41,362 nucleotides of DNA from a virus (IMGVR_UViG_3300045988_035261:1-41362), one strand, 5' to 3'; positions 31,860-40,260 are shown, numbered from the stretch's first letter. Program-made: numbers and translations. The notes: generated by a model from the letters alone, not told the origin.

Positions 31860-31910
31860 TTTACTCACCTCTTATGATAGGGCGGATATTTCACCGCCCA
31901 TATCTCTTTC

Positions 31911-32330
31911 TTATTTCCCAGTACTACCATAACCGCCATCGCCACGTTCTGTTTCGCTTAGTTTATCTACTTCTATTACATCAACCATTGCTATTGGTAC
32001 GATGATTAATTGTGCGATGCGATCACCTCTAAATATTGTGTAATCGCTACAAGATATGTTTTCATATGCAATGCTGATTTCACCTCGATAATCTGCATCG
32101 ATAATCCCTACGCTATTTGCACATCGTAGTGGCGTTTTACTCATGCTGCTACGTGGTACAAGTAAACCCATATGACCTTTCGGAATTTCTACTGCTATTC
32201 CTAGCGGTATCTTCTTTTGACTGTCCGCTGGCACTTTAATATGGAATGGGCAATATAAATCTAATCCAGCTGCATCTTTACTACCTCGTGTAGGCAACTC
32301 AACATATTCATTTAATCTCTTTACTAACAT
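31911..32330 (-). CDS. dut: dUTP diphosphatase
   Basis: Motifs AAGLDL, PRSS, GIIDADYRGE, RIAQL and RGDGGYGSTG. Confidence 0.9.
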   Translation of the reverse strand: MLVKRLNEYVELPTRGSKDAAGLDLYCPFHIKVPADSQKKIPLGIAVEIPKGHMGLLVPRSSMSKTPLRCANSVGIIDADYRGEISIAYENISCSDYTIFRGDRIAQLIIVPIAMVDVIEVDKLSETERGDGGYGSTGK

Positions 32331-32664
32331 TTATCCAATCACCCCATATTTTCATTCTTGTAACCTGGTTACTCGTAATATTCAATTCAGCCATGATTTG
32401 TCTGTTACTCATACCTCGCTTGCAACGCTCAATGACTTTATCGATTAGTTTAAATTCATCTTGTATGCTTGTTTTTTTACGATTACCAGCACCATTACCA
32501 CCTATAATTTCAAGGGCATCAGTCACATCAAGGTTGCCCCATACTACCGATGCTAGTGCTAACCAATTTTTGCAATTATACGGAATGCCATATACCGATG
32601 TATTAACTGCCAAGTTCCTCACTCCATTCACTATCTTTATAGATTTTAAAAAAATCATCTGCAC
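32308..32664 (-). CDS. HTH-containing small regulator (up to 118 aa; start uncertain)
   Basis: The C-terminal RGMSNRQIMAELNITSNQVTRMK is HTH-like. The gene overlaps its upstream neighbour by about 60 nt if the full frame is used. Confidence 0.5.
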   Translation of the reverse strand: MQMIFLKSIKIVNGVRNLAVNTSVYGIPYNCKNWLALASVVWGNLDVTDALEIIGGNGAGNRKKTSIQDEFKLIDKVIERCKRGMSNRQIMAELNITSNQVTRMKIWGDWINVSKEIK

Positions 32665-32977
32665 TCATGATTACAAGCCACTTTTTATTACTTTTCTTCC
32701 ATGCAACGATTGGTATATCGCCATTTTCTGCTTGAATTGCATCGTGTTCCGCCTGTTCATATGCTTTCCTTACATTGAGGTTTTCTACAAACTTCACCTC
32801 TTGGTGGATGTTTGGTAAACCTACGCAGTCCGATGCATCGCCTGTATTACCGCAATATTGGACTGTTCGCCTTACCTTATCAAACCCATTGGCACGGCAT
32901 ACATCACGCCATAGTCGCTCACCTCTTGCTCCTTTCTGCTTACTATTTACTTTCTTTTTCTTCTTGTCTATTGGCAA
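32603..32977 (-). CDS. PD-(D/E)xK nuclease, Holliday-junction-resolvase-like (124 aa, TTG start)
   Basis: KGARGERLWRDVCRANGF...GDASD...HQEVK fits the Hjc/archaeal-type resolvase pattern (G-x-x-x-E-R ... D ... E-x-K). Confidence 0.5.
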   Translation of the reverse strand: MPIDKKKKKVNSKQKGARGERLWRDVCRANGFDKVRRTVQYCGNTGDASDCVGLPNIHQEVKFVENLNVRKAYEQAEHDAIQAENGDIPIVAWKKSNKKWLVIMSADDFFKIYKDSEWSEELGS

Positions 32978-32991
32978 TCTTCATCACCGCC

Positions 32992-33765
32992 TTATTCTGC
33001 AAATTCCATCAAATTCGTTTGCACTTTAATATTGCTCAACATCTTATCTTTTGCTTTTGCATACATTTTTCGGTCAATCTCAAATCCGTATGCACTTCGA
33101 CCGAGCTCCATCGCCGCCCTTAACGTGCTACCGCTACCAGCTACAGGGTCAATGATTACATCGCCCTCGTCTGTGAATATTTCTATCAAGCGTTTTAGTA
33201 CGTTAACAGGCTTTTGCGTTGGGTGGATGTTAGGAATGATATTCTTGTTATCACGTTTCCATTCAAAGTGATCAAATATCATTTTTTTGTTGTTATTGAA
33301 TTTAGGCAACTTTTCACGATACAGAATTAACGCATATTCTGTAGCACCAACTATACGCATATTAGCTTTTAGTACTTGTGCGGAATAGTTTTTGTTAAAC
33401 GTGATAGGAATATAATTATTGAACCCATGTTTTTTTGCATACTCAATCACCATTGGCATTTGTTGAAACGAACAGAACACAATCATGCATGGTGCTTGAC
33501 CTCGTTCTTTAGGTTCTTTTTTCAATAACCGATTGCAAAAGTGAAAATATTCTGCAATGTTGAAATTGTAATCGGAGTTAAAGAACGCCTTACCAGCTTT
33601 TTTGCTTTCTCCGTTCTTATTATCCCCCCCTACATACCACATAGGATTACTAGCATAAGCGTTATTCCCTAGATTGTAAGGAATGTCAGCAATTACCAAT
33701 TGTGCCTTTGGTATTCCATATCTCTTAAAATTTTGAAAATTGTCATTAAATAACTCTACTTTCAT
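32992..33765 (-). CDS. Beta-class N6-adenine or N4-cytosine DNA methyltransferase (orphan)
   Basis: Motif IV variant VIADIPYN lies N-terminal and motif I IIDPVAGSGST lies C-terminal, with HPTQKPVNVLKRLI also present. No cognate restriction enzyme is adjacent. Confidence 0.8.
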   Translation of the reverse strand: MKVELFNDNFQNFKRYGIPKAQLVIADIPYNLGNNAYASNPMWYVGGDNKNGESKKAGKAFFNSDYNFNIAEYFHFCNRLLKKEPKERGQAPCMIVFCSFQQMPMVIEYAKKHGFNNYIPITFNKNYSAQVLKANMRIVGATEYALILYREKLPKFNNNKKMIFDHFEWKRDNKNIIPNIHPTQKPVNVLKRLIEIFTDEGDVIIDPVAGSGSTLRAAMELGRSAYGFEIDRKMYAKAKDKMLSNIKVQTNLMEFAE

Positions 33766-33769
33766 CTAT

Positions 33770-34528
33770 TCACCACCCTATATATTGTTCACATCGTTTT
33801 AAAATATCTTTTACTAACTCCAACGGAATATGCGACCTCATGTTGTATCGATTTATTCCCTTTATGTTTAACTTGTCGAATTTGATCTGGTTTTTTATAT
33901 CATCTTTAAGCAGTTTCAAATCAATATTGCTACCAAATTTCGTTGGTTTCTTAACTGGGTAATCATAGTTGTTGTAATAAGTTAGGTTTTCATATGGGAT
34001 ATTGAACCCTATTACATTTGCTATGTATTCCCATATCCGCCCATATGCTGGGTTTTCAATCACAAATACTTTAGGTTGGTAGCGCTCAATAATTTTCAAT
34101 GTGTTGTAGATGCACATTTCACCATTGATACGTGTTAGAAATGACTTATCATACTTGAATTGGTAGTTTTCATAATCAACGTGATTTCTGATTGTGAATT
34201 TACTTCCTGGTTCATATTCATCAAATAGATTGATAGTCATATCCTTTTCTTGTTTCCAGCAAGCATTTCCACCTTTCATCGCACTTGCTACACTCCAACT
34301 TTCACATGGTGGACTAGCTAGAATAACATCGGGTCTATCTAGCTTGTCCAACTGTTCCCATAGTGCATTTGGTTTATGTAGCGTATTAACTGCTAAATCT
34401 TGATTGATACACGCATCACCAATTCCTATTGATGTTATTGTGTGTTGCCCCCCCATATTCATGTTATATTTATCTACAGCTTGACGATAGCAGCCGTTGC
34501 CATCATCAAATAATCCCCATATGTACAT
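33770..34528 (-). CDS. Compact, divergent C5-cytosine-methyltransferase-like protein (252 aa)
   Basis: Motif I-like WGLFDDGNG, motif IV-like ASPPCESWS (PC-E rather than PC-Q) and motif VI-like VIENPAYG. The Q-x-R-x-R region is replaced by YPVKKPTKF, and the target-recognition region is very short. Confidence 0.55.
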   Translation of the reverse strand: MYIWGLFDDGNGCYRQAVDKYNMNMGGQHTITSIGIGDACINQDLAVNTLHKPNALWEQLDKLDRPDVILASPPCESWSVASAMKGGNACWKQEKDMTINLFDEYEPGSKFTIRNHVDYENYQFKYDKSFLTRINGEMCIYNTLKIIERYQPKVFVIENPAYGRIWEYIANVIGFNIPYENLTYYNNYDYPVKKPTKFGSNIDLKLLKDDIKNQIKFDKLNIKGINRYNMRSHIPLELVKDILKRCEQYIGW

Positions 34529-34538
34529 CTCCTAACCT

Positions 34539-34745
34539 CTAATCATGTACTGTACAGCCGTATTTCTTATTACGATTGCACTTTCTTATTCTCATCACGT
34601 TATCCCCTATGTATGCGGTAATGTCATTTCTCATTACTGCATTATCAAATTGTTGTTTCTTCTCTTGCTTATACGATTGGTAGGCGGTGCATTTACCATG
34701 ACAACCTACCTCTCTGTATTCGCACCCCTTACATGGTGCTTTCAT
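34539..34745 (-). CDS. Small Cys-rich protein (68 aa)
   Basis: MKAPCKGCEYREVGCHGKC has CxxC...C..C spacing. RBS AAGGA is present. Confidence 0.5.
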   Translation of the reverse strand: MKAPCKGCEYREVGCHGKCTAYQSYKQEKKQQFDNAVMRNDITAYIGDNVMRIRKCNRNKKYGCTVHD

Positions 34746-34756
34746 AATCAATATCC

Positions 34757-35170
34757 TTATTTGTCGATATAATCACTAATTCTGTATTTCTTTGTTTCAA
34801 AAACCACCAATGCATTATTTTCGAACCCATATTTCTTCTCCCATGCTCGGAACACTTTTGTTAGCTCCTCGCTGAGTTCGTCAATATGCTCTTCCTTTAC
34901 ATCGTTCAAGTAATCGTCCGACCATTCTTTAATTTCATCATCCATATCATATTCAATTAAATTCCAAAGTACTCGTTCACTATCAATCTTTGGAACGTAA
35001 TAACAAGGGTGTCCAACACATACCCATTCAATATCACGATTGCTAGCAACATCGCCAAAATAACTGATGTATTCTAAATAATCCGCTATTGCATCTTTAA
35101 TACTATCTTGCGGTTCGCCAGCTTTTCCGTTATCAACCCAGCAATATTTTGTTTTATCTTCAACTAGCAT
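34757..35170 (-). CDS. Strongly acidic hypothetical protein (137 aa)
   Basis: A high Asp/Glu fraction runs throughout, for example YDMDDEIKEWSDDYLNDVKEEHIDELSEEL. Confidence 0.55.
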   Translation of the reverse strand: MLVEDKTKYCWVDNGKAGEPQDSIKDAIADYLEYISYFGDVASNRDIEWVCVGHPCYYVPKIDSERVLWNLIEYDMDDEIKEWSDDYLNDVKEEHIDELSEELTKVFRAWEKKYGFENNALVVFETKKYRISDYIDK

Positions 35171-35172
35171 TG

Positions 35173-35367
35173 TTATTCATCAACCTCTTCTAACTCTTCC
35201 ACTTCTTCGACTTCTACGCTATCAAACCATTCATTCATATCACGGCTTTCCACATCTTCTGTAAGTGTAATTACATTAGCTTGTTCTTTGGCCTCTTCAA
35301 AGCTTTCACACTCTACGATTTTTTCAAAACCAATTGTTACATATCCTGAAATTTTAAATTGTTTCAT
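35173..35367 (-). CDS. Small strongly acidic protein (64 aa)
   Basis: RBS AGAGGTGA. The C-terminus is DSVEVEEVEELEEVDE. Confidence 0.5.
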   Translation of the reverse strand: MKQFKISGYVTIGFEKIVECESFEEAKEQANVITLTEDVESRDMNEWFDSVEVEEVEELEEVDE

Positions 35368-35406
35368 CTTTTTCACCTCTTAGAACGATGTATTCAATAT
35401 CAATAC

Positions 35407-35610
35407 TCATTCCTTGCAATCTTCACACTCAATAACACAATTAGTCGGAGATAACGCAACAAATGTTCCGAATGTATCTGTAAAGATAAATAGTTTTGTA
35501 TTTCCTTTATCTATATTTCTTATGCAACATTCAAATTCATTTTTATCTTTAAATGTTTTTGTTTTGTATATCTTAGTTCCACAATGCATTACTACCAATA
35601 ACCTAACCAT
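35407..35610 (-). CDS. Hypothetical protein (67 aa)
   Basis: RBS AAGAGGTGA. No motif was recognised. Confidence 0.5.
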   Translation of the reverse strand: MVRLLVVMHCGTKIYKTKTFKDKNEFECCIRNIDKGNTKLFIFTDTFGTFVALSPTNCVIECEDCKE

Positions 35611-35621
35611 ATTTTCACCTC

Positions 35622-36008
35622 TTAAAATGGAATATTTTCATTTTGCGGTTGCTCAAAACTGTCAAAGTTACTGCCAGTATCAAAACCGCCATCAAGCTTT
35701 TTGCCAACAAAATCGGCTACTACTTCCGTAACGTAGCGTTTTTGGTTATCTTGCGTTTCATAACTTCGTGTTTGAATACGTCCATTTACGAGCAATCGTT
35801 CGCCTTTTTTACATGCACCAACTGCTTCCCCAGTCTTGCCCCATGCTACGCAATTAATGAAAGCAGTTTGTTCTTTTGTTTCGTTGGTTGTACTGTCAAC
35901 GTATGTATTGGTTGCAGCTACTGTGAAAGTTGCCACGGCTTTCCCACTTTGTGTAAATCTCAATTCAGCATCACGTGCTAAATTCCCTAATAGTTGTACT
36001 TGGTTCAT
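35622..36008 (-). CDS. ssb: Single-stranded DNA-binding protein
   Basis: The OB-fold N-terminus MNQVQLLGNLARDAELRFTQSGKAVATF and the acidic C-terminal tail ending NENIPF. Confidence 0.9.
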   Translation of the reverse strand: MNQVQLLGNLARDAELRFTQSGKAVATFTVAATNTYVDSTTNETKEQTAFINCVAWGKTGEAVGACKKGERLLVNGRIQTRSYETQDNQKRYVTEVVADFVGKKLDGGFDTGSNFDSFEQPQNENIPF

Positions 36009-36022
36009 ATCAATTCCCTTTC

Positions 36023-36226
36023 TTAAAACTCACTTATATAATTCGGTTCTACATTGCACTCATCAACGCTCACATCGTATTCACCGCCTAACTTGCAATC
36101 TATTGTTACATTGTCATTCAAGTAATCGATGATTTGATGCAGTTTGTGCCACGCTTGCCCCTCTGTTTCTGCATTGATATTGGTGCTAATACTAAACTCA
36201 ACTTTTATATTTCCTATATACTCCAT
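36023..36226 (-). CDS. Hypothetical protein (67 aa)
   Basis: RBS GGGGGA. No motif was recognised. Confidence 0.5.
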   Translation of the reverse strand: MEYIGNIKVEFSISTNINAETEGQAWHKLHQIIDYLNDNVTIDCKLGGEYDVSVDECNVEPNYISEF

Positions 36227-36229
36227 GTG

Positions 36230-36910
36230 TTATCCCCCTATTGCACCCTTTATGAGTGCTTTCGCTTTATCTGATATAGTGCTTTCCTCTAACACTTTCA
36301 TGACATCTACAGGTTCTTTTGCCACCTCGACCAAGTTGCCTGTGCTTGTCATTTCTATTTGCTTATGACCAACACTTATCAAAGCCTTATCATGTTGTGC
36401 CTTTTCTCTAGCTTTCAGCAACAAATGATTGTCTTTGATTGCATTAGCCATTCTTTGGCGGTGTTTCTCACGATCTATTAATTGCTCATAGCATTTAATA
36501 AACTGTGCCCTGCAACTTGCCTCGTTATATTCATGTCCCATTCTAGGGTCGAAGGACGACCATATCGCCCTTGCAGCCGTTAAGGTTATTCCCTCTAAAT
36601 GCTCCTTTCCATTGTCATAACCATAAGTGCCTGCTACTTTGATTACTTTCTCCCATGCAGTTTGTGCGGTTTCCACTTCATCATGCATATTCACATATGC
36701 ACTTAATGCTGAACACTCCTCACGAATTTCTGCAATTGTTGGTAAGAATTTACATTTATTAATCAAATTAGCTACTGCTTGTTCCAACGTTACAGGATTG
36801 ACATTGCCAAGCATCGTAACGTATAGCTTCATACGTTCTACTGACATATCAGTACTGTATGCTAGCTGTAACATCGATAGTGCTTTCACTATCTGTTGTT
36901 GATTGTTCAT
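36230..36910 (-). CDS. Putative helicase loader (SPP1 G39P-like N-terminal domain, 226 aa)
   Basis: ALSMLQLAYSTDMSVERMKLYVTMLGNVNPVTLEQAVANLINKCKFLPTIAEIREE follows the G39P-like pattern. The gene is directly downstream of the replisome organizer. Confidence 0.45.
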   Translation of the reverse strand: MNNQQQIVKALSMLQLAYSTDMSVERMKLYVTMLGNVNPVTLEQAVANLINKCKFLPTIAEIREECSALSAYVNMHDEVETAQTAWEKVIKVAGTYGYDNGKEHLEGITLTAARAIWSSFDPRMGHEYNEASCRAQFIKCYEQLIDREKHRQRMANAIKDNHLLLKAREKAQHDKALISVGHKQIEMTSTGNLVEVAKEPVDVMKVLEESTISDKAKALIKGAIGG

Positions 36911-37688
36911 CTTCACCCCCATATTCACGCATCAATTTATTAACAACATCTATTGCGTTTTGCTTGTTGCTCTTTGCAGTTTTGTTGTAGCTATTTTTCT
37001 CCCAAGTCCTAACTGCTGCCTTCCAATCTTTCATAGAGTTCTTTCCTACTTTCCAGCCATTGCTTTCGTAGTAGTCGTAGAATTGTTCAGCATTTACATT
37101 ATTATTACGTTCAAGACAATACTGTGTAATTTGAGATAGAGTAGGTTTTTCAAAACGCTTGCGTTTTGTTGTAGTGCTTTTTGCACTACTATGTATCTCT
37201 TTCTCTATCTCTATATCTTTCTCTAACTCTATCTCTATCTCTATCTCTGGTGTAGATTTCTTCAAGATTTCTTCAAGATTTCTTGATTGAGTTAGTTTAT
37301 TTTGTTTACGTTCCTCAGATATTCTTCTGTCATAAAGCCTTTGTCTATCAGCTTCAGTACTACCTTTACCTATGAAATTTTGAATATCCAACATATAGAT
37401 AGCACCATTTTCTAATACTTCTATAAGTCCAAGTTCTTTAAACATAGATAACGCTTGTTTGATAGTGCCTACTTGATGACCTGTTACACTTGCTAGCATT
37501 TCAGCGTTGTAAGGAATGCGTTCATTTACTACCAACTTTCCGTCATTCTTTAGGCTTCGTAGGTAGAGTTTTAAAAGAATATTACTGTACAAGTAGCCGT
37601 CTTTCATGCTTTCTAATATCTTCAACTCATCACTGTCAAAGAAATTATCTTTCAGCCGTAGATAGTAATACTTTTTGTTATCGCTCAT
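36849..37688 (-). CDS. Phage replisome organizer (N-terminal Phage_rep_org_N-like plus DnaD-like C-terminal domain)
   Basis: YYYLRLKDNFFDSDELKILESMKDGYLYSNILLKLYL...LASVTGHQVGTIKQALSMFKELGLIEV. The C-terminus is PTLSQITQYCLERNNNVNAEQFYDYYESNGWKVGKNSMKDWKAAVRTWEKN. Confidence 0.85.
   Translation of the reverse strand: MSDNKKYYYLRLKDNFFDSDELKILESMKDGYLYSNILLKLYLRSLKNDGKLVVNERIPYNAEMLASVTGHQVGTIKQALSMFKELGLIEVLENGAIYMLDIQNFIGKGSTEADRQRLYDRRISEERKQNKLTQSRNLEEILKKSTPEIEIEIELEKDIEIEKEIHSSAKSTTTKRKRFEKPTLSQITQYCLERNNNVNAEQFYDYYESNGWKVGKNSMKDWKAAVRTWEKNSYNKTAKSNKQNAIDVVNKLMREYGGEDEQSTTDSESTIDVTASIQY
37171..37286. repeat. ori-like repeat block inside the replisome organizer linker
   Basis: Three elements in a row: a hairpin gtagtgc-ttttt-gcactac (37171-37189), CT-rich 6-bp periodic ctctat/atctct repeats (about 37195-37250), and 11-bp tandem agatttcttca x3 (37254-37286). 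Confidence 0.55.
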
Positions 37689-37691
37689 AGG

Positions 37692-37940
37692 CTAGTCCTT
37701 GTTTAGATTTTCAATAAACTCATCTGCACTTAACGGCTTGCCTAGTGATACAATTCGTGCTAACACACTAGCAATTTCATCGGCTTCATTTTCTTCTGCA
37801 TCTAATACGCTATCAACCATTGCATAAATTGCGCTTAGTTCTGAGATTATCCGATTATTAAACGTATTACTATTTTGGTCTTTTTTGTAATATTCAATGC
37901 GATTTTCTACGTATGCTCTAATCATTATTAACTCGTTCAT
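37692..37940 (-). CDS. Hypothetical protein (82 aa)
   Basis: RBS AAAGGA lies 9 nt before the ATG at 37938-37940. Confidence 0.5.
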   Translation of the reverse strand: MNELIMIRAYVENRIEYYKKDQNSNTFNNRIISELSAIYAMVDSVLDAEENEADEIASVLARIVSLGKPLSADEFIENLNKD

Positions 37941-38217
37941 ATTTATCTGTCCTTTCTTCAATGATCGCTTCTAACTTCTTTTTTGTTTCTTTGGCAAATA
38001 CTCCGTGTGCTAAATTGTTATGGCAATATCTGCACAAGCATGCTAGATTGGTTAATTCGCTTGTTCCACCTCTACCCCTAGGCAATATGTGATGCACTTC
38101 CGTTGCAGGTGCGCCACATATTACGCAACATGGATAGCCGTCTATACTATCTCGTTCTATGGCTTTCGGCCTTGTTATTTTGTAGAGTTTATCATCTTCC
38201 CTTTTTCGCTTGTTCAT
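37918..38217 (-). CDS. HNH endonuclease
   Basis: CCVICGAPATEVHHILPRGRGG...CLCRYCHNNLAH, which is an H-N-H motif with Cys pairs. Confidence 0.8.
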   Translation of the reverse strand: MNKRKREDDKLYKITRPKAIERDSIDGYPCCVICGAPATEVHHILPRGRGGTSELTNLACLCRYCHNNLAHGVFAKETKKKLEAIIEERTDKYERVNND

Positions 38218-38749
38218 TCCCCCACTCCTTAACTAGCGATTGTATGTAATCACTATCTTCAAGTTGTATCCCTAGTTGATGGCATTCATCCACTAGGCAA
38301 TCTATCAATCGTTGCATTTCTGATACTGTATATACACTGCTTCCGTGGTAGCACATGATGTTGTGATAACCTTTGATGCTTTTACATTCGCCAGCATCTT
38401 CGGCTATCCACCCTATTCCGTGTGCTTGCCATATTTGGATGTACCTCTCTATGGCATCCTCACGTACTGGTACATAACTAAAATGACTACAATCTTTGAT
38501 TGCTTTGCGGTACACATCCTCTTTAGATGTGTACGAATGAGCGCTCATGACTTCCGCTATCTTTTGACATAGAACCCAGCAATATGCATTAGCGTTCATA
38601 CTACGTGATTTTGATTTCTTTTTAATCTCAATCACATATTCTTTTTCTTTATCTAATTTCGCTAGGTCATTGTCATGTGGTGCTGGTATGACTACCATTA
38701 CACCTAGCGGCGAGCGTAACAGTTCGATGTTATTTGTTGTCCACTTCAT
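38192..38749 (-). CDS. NinB/Orf-like recombination mediator (185 aa)
   Basis: SRSMNANAYCWVLCQKIA parallels lambda NinB RSLDQNRKLWACLGDVS. HGSSVYTVSEMQRLIDCLVDECHQLGI parallels GQSTSRMRVGEFAELLELIQAFGTERGV. Confidence 0.55.
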   Translation of the reverse strand: MKWTTNNIELLRSPLGVMVVIPAPHDNDLAKLDKEKEYVIEIKKKSKSRSMNANAYCWVLCQKIAEVMSAHSYTSKEDVYRKAIKDCSHFSYVPVREDAIERYIQIWQAHGIGWIAEDAGECKSIKGYHNIMCYHGSSVYTVSEMQRLIDCLVDECHQLGIQLEDSDYIQSLVKEWGNEQAKKGR

Positions 38750-39371
38750 AACCTTTTACCCAGTCATAAAGCATAGACATTTGGTCTCTCGTAATGTTAT
38801 CGATAACACACATTCCAAACATTTTAGTTGCTTGTTGCGCTACTTGTTCTGCACTCACACCATGTTCGCTTGCCATCTTCAAAACAATTCCATATGCATT
38901 GTGTGGATCAAATTCTTTTTCTTTCCGTTCTTTTTCTGCTGCTGCATTAATTTTTGTATCTTGCAGTCCTCTATATACATCAGCACCTACACCAATCATT
39001 TTTGCTGCAGTACCTAATGCATCAGTAACGGCCATCTTAAAGGCTTCATCGTTGCCGTGAAAACCATTTTTATCTTTGTAGATTAGGAAATCTCCACCAT
39101 ATCCAGGAATTGGTTCACTCCATTCATCACCATCTTTGATGTATAGATTTACCAATACATACAACATAGTTTCTTTGGTTTCCTCGACTGGTACTTGTTG
39201 AGTACTAACAACTTCAAACTTCCAACCAATTCCACACATACCATATGTTTCGGTTAATACTTCCCATCGCCATTGAGGTGAAATATCAAATTTCCCTTTT
39301 AGTTTTCCAAAGTCAATTGTTTTTAAAGCTGATTGCGGTACAGTTTTAACCGCTATATATCTACTATCCAT
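38730..39371 (-). CDS. Rad52-family single-strand annealing protein (Sak-like)
   Basis: ISPQWRWEVLTETYGMCGIGWKF and AFKMAVTDALGTAAKMIGVGADVY are typical of Rad52/Sak annealases. Confidence 0.75.
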   Translation of the reverse strand: MDSRYIAVKTVPQSALKTIDFGKLKGKFDISPQWRWEVLTETYGMCGIGWKFEVVSTQQVPVEETKETMLYVLVNLYIKDGDEWSEPIPGYGGDFLIYKDKNGFHGNDEAFKMAVTDALGTAAKMIGVGADVYRGLQDTKINAAAEKERKEKEFDPHNAYGIVLKMASEHGVSAEQVAQQATKMFGMCVIDNITRDQMSMLYDWVKGYEVDNK

Positions 39372-40235
39372 CTATACCTCTTTATATTTGTAACCACGCA
39401 TTTCCAAGAAATCAGTTAAGTCTTTTGCATCATCTTCTGTTAGGTCATATACAGTTACTGTTAAACCATTTTTTGTTTCCACAACTTCGATTGTTTCAAC
39501 TGGTTCATTTGTGATGCTTGCTCGTGCAGCCTCTTCCATTTCGTTACGCTCTGCAAATTTTGCATTGATTAATTCTCTAGCTTGATCTAGTGGCATATCT
39601 TTTACTGCATCCCAACATTCATCAAATGTGATTGGTGTCGCTAGTTCGTATTGTTGATTACAAGTATCTACAACAAACTCAATCATGCCTTTTTTCTCTG
39701 CTAAGATTTGTTTATAGTCATCATCTGATTGTTGTCTTTTTGAAATCTCAATCATCATTCCCTCAATAGAGATTTCAATGTCTTTCATCTTTGCAGTTTT
39801 ATTCAGCCAGCGTTTATCACGTTGTAGTTGTTCTGCATATTCTGTACGGACGTTGTACTTTTCAACCATCTTTTCAATAAACTTGTTGATGGTTTCTGTT
39901 TTTTCTTGTACTTCTTTTTCGTCAAAGTATTTAATTTGTTCTGCGAGTGGTTTTTCTGCATCGTAAACGACTTTCAATACTTCGTTTACTTCTTCTTCGA
40001 ACAACTCAATCGGTCTTTTAAGTTCTCGTTTTTTCTCTTTACAGAATTTATCAAGTGTTGTCCGATACTTAACAATTTCATTCTTAGCACTTACCATTTC
40101 CTTATAGTTTTCTTCGGTTACTACAAGTCCTTTATACTTTTCTAGCTGTGCTTCAAAATATGTTTTGATTTCGTCTTTGTTCCATTTAAATACTTGTTCG
40201 TTTTGACTAACAACTGGTGTTAAATTAATTTCCAT
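39372..40235 (-). CDS. DUF1351-like phage protein (287 aa)
   Basis: Lys/Glu-rich helical protein directly upstream of the annealase, as seen for DUF1351 proteins in Gram-positive phages. This is recollection. Confidence 0.55.
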   Translation of the reverse strand: MEINLTPVVSQNEQVFKWNKDEIKTYFEAQLEKYKGLVVTEENYKEMVSAKNEIVKYRTTLDKFCKEKKRELKRPIELFEEEVNEVLKVVYDAEKPLAEQIKYFDEKEVQEKTETINKFIEKMVEKYNVRTEYAEQLQRDKRWLNKTAKMKDIEISIEGMMIEISKRQQSDDDYKQILAEKKGMIEFVVDTCNQQYELATPITFDECWDAVKDMPLDQARELINAKFAERNEMEEAARASITNEPVETIEVVETKNGLTVTVYDLTEDDAKDLTDFLEMRGYKYKEV

Positions 40236-40260
40236 TTATTTCTCCTTGTGTTAAAATACA

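Noticed and set aside
31880-31899. GGGCGG-N8-CCGCCC hairpin after dut as a terminator
   Set aside because: It has no U-tract on the minus strand, and the next gene's RBS follows immediately. It is more likely a minor RNA stability element.
32603-33765. The PD-(D/E)xK protein plus the adjacent methyltransferase as a complete type II restriction-modification system
   Set aside because: The nuclease is only 124 aa, and its N-terminal KGxxGER pattern is typical of Hjc-like junction resolvases. The phage context also favours a resolvase plus orphan MTases. This is not excluded without assays.
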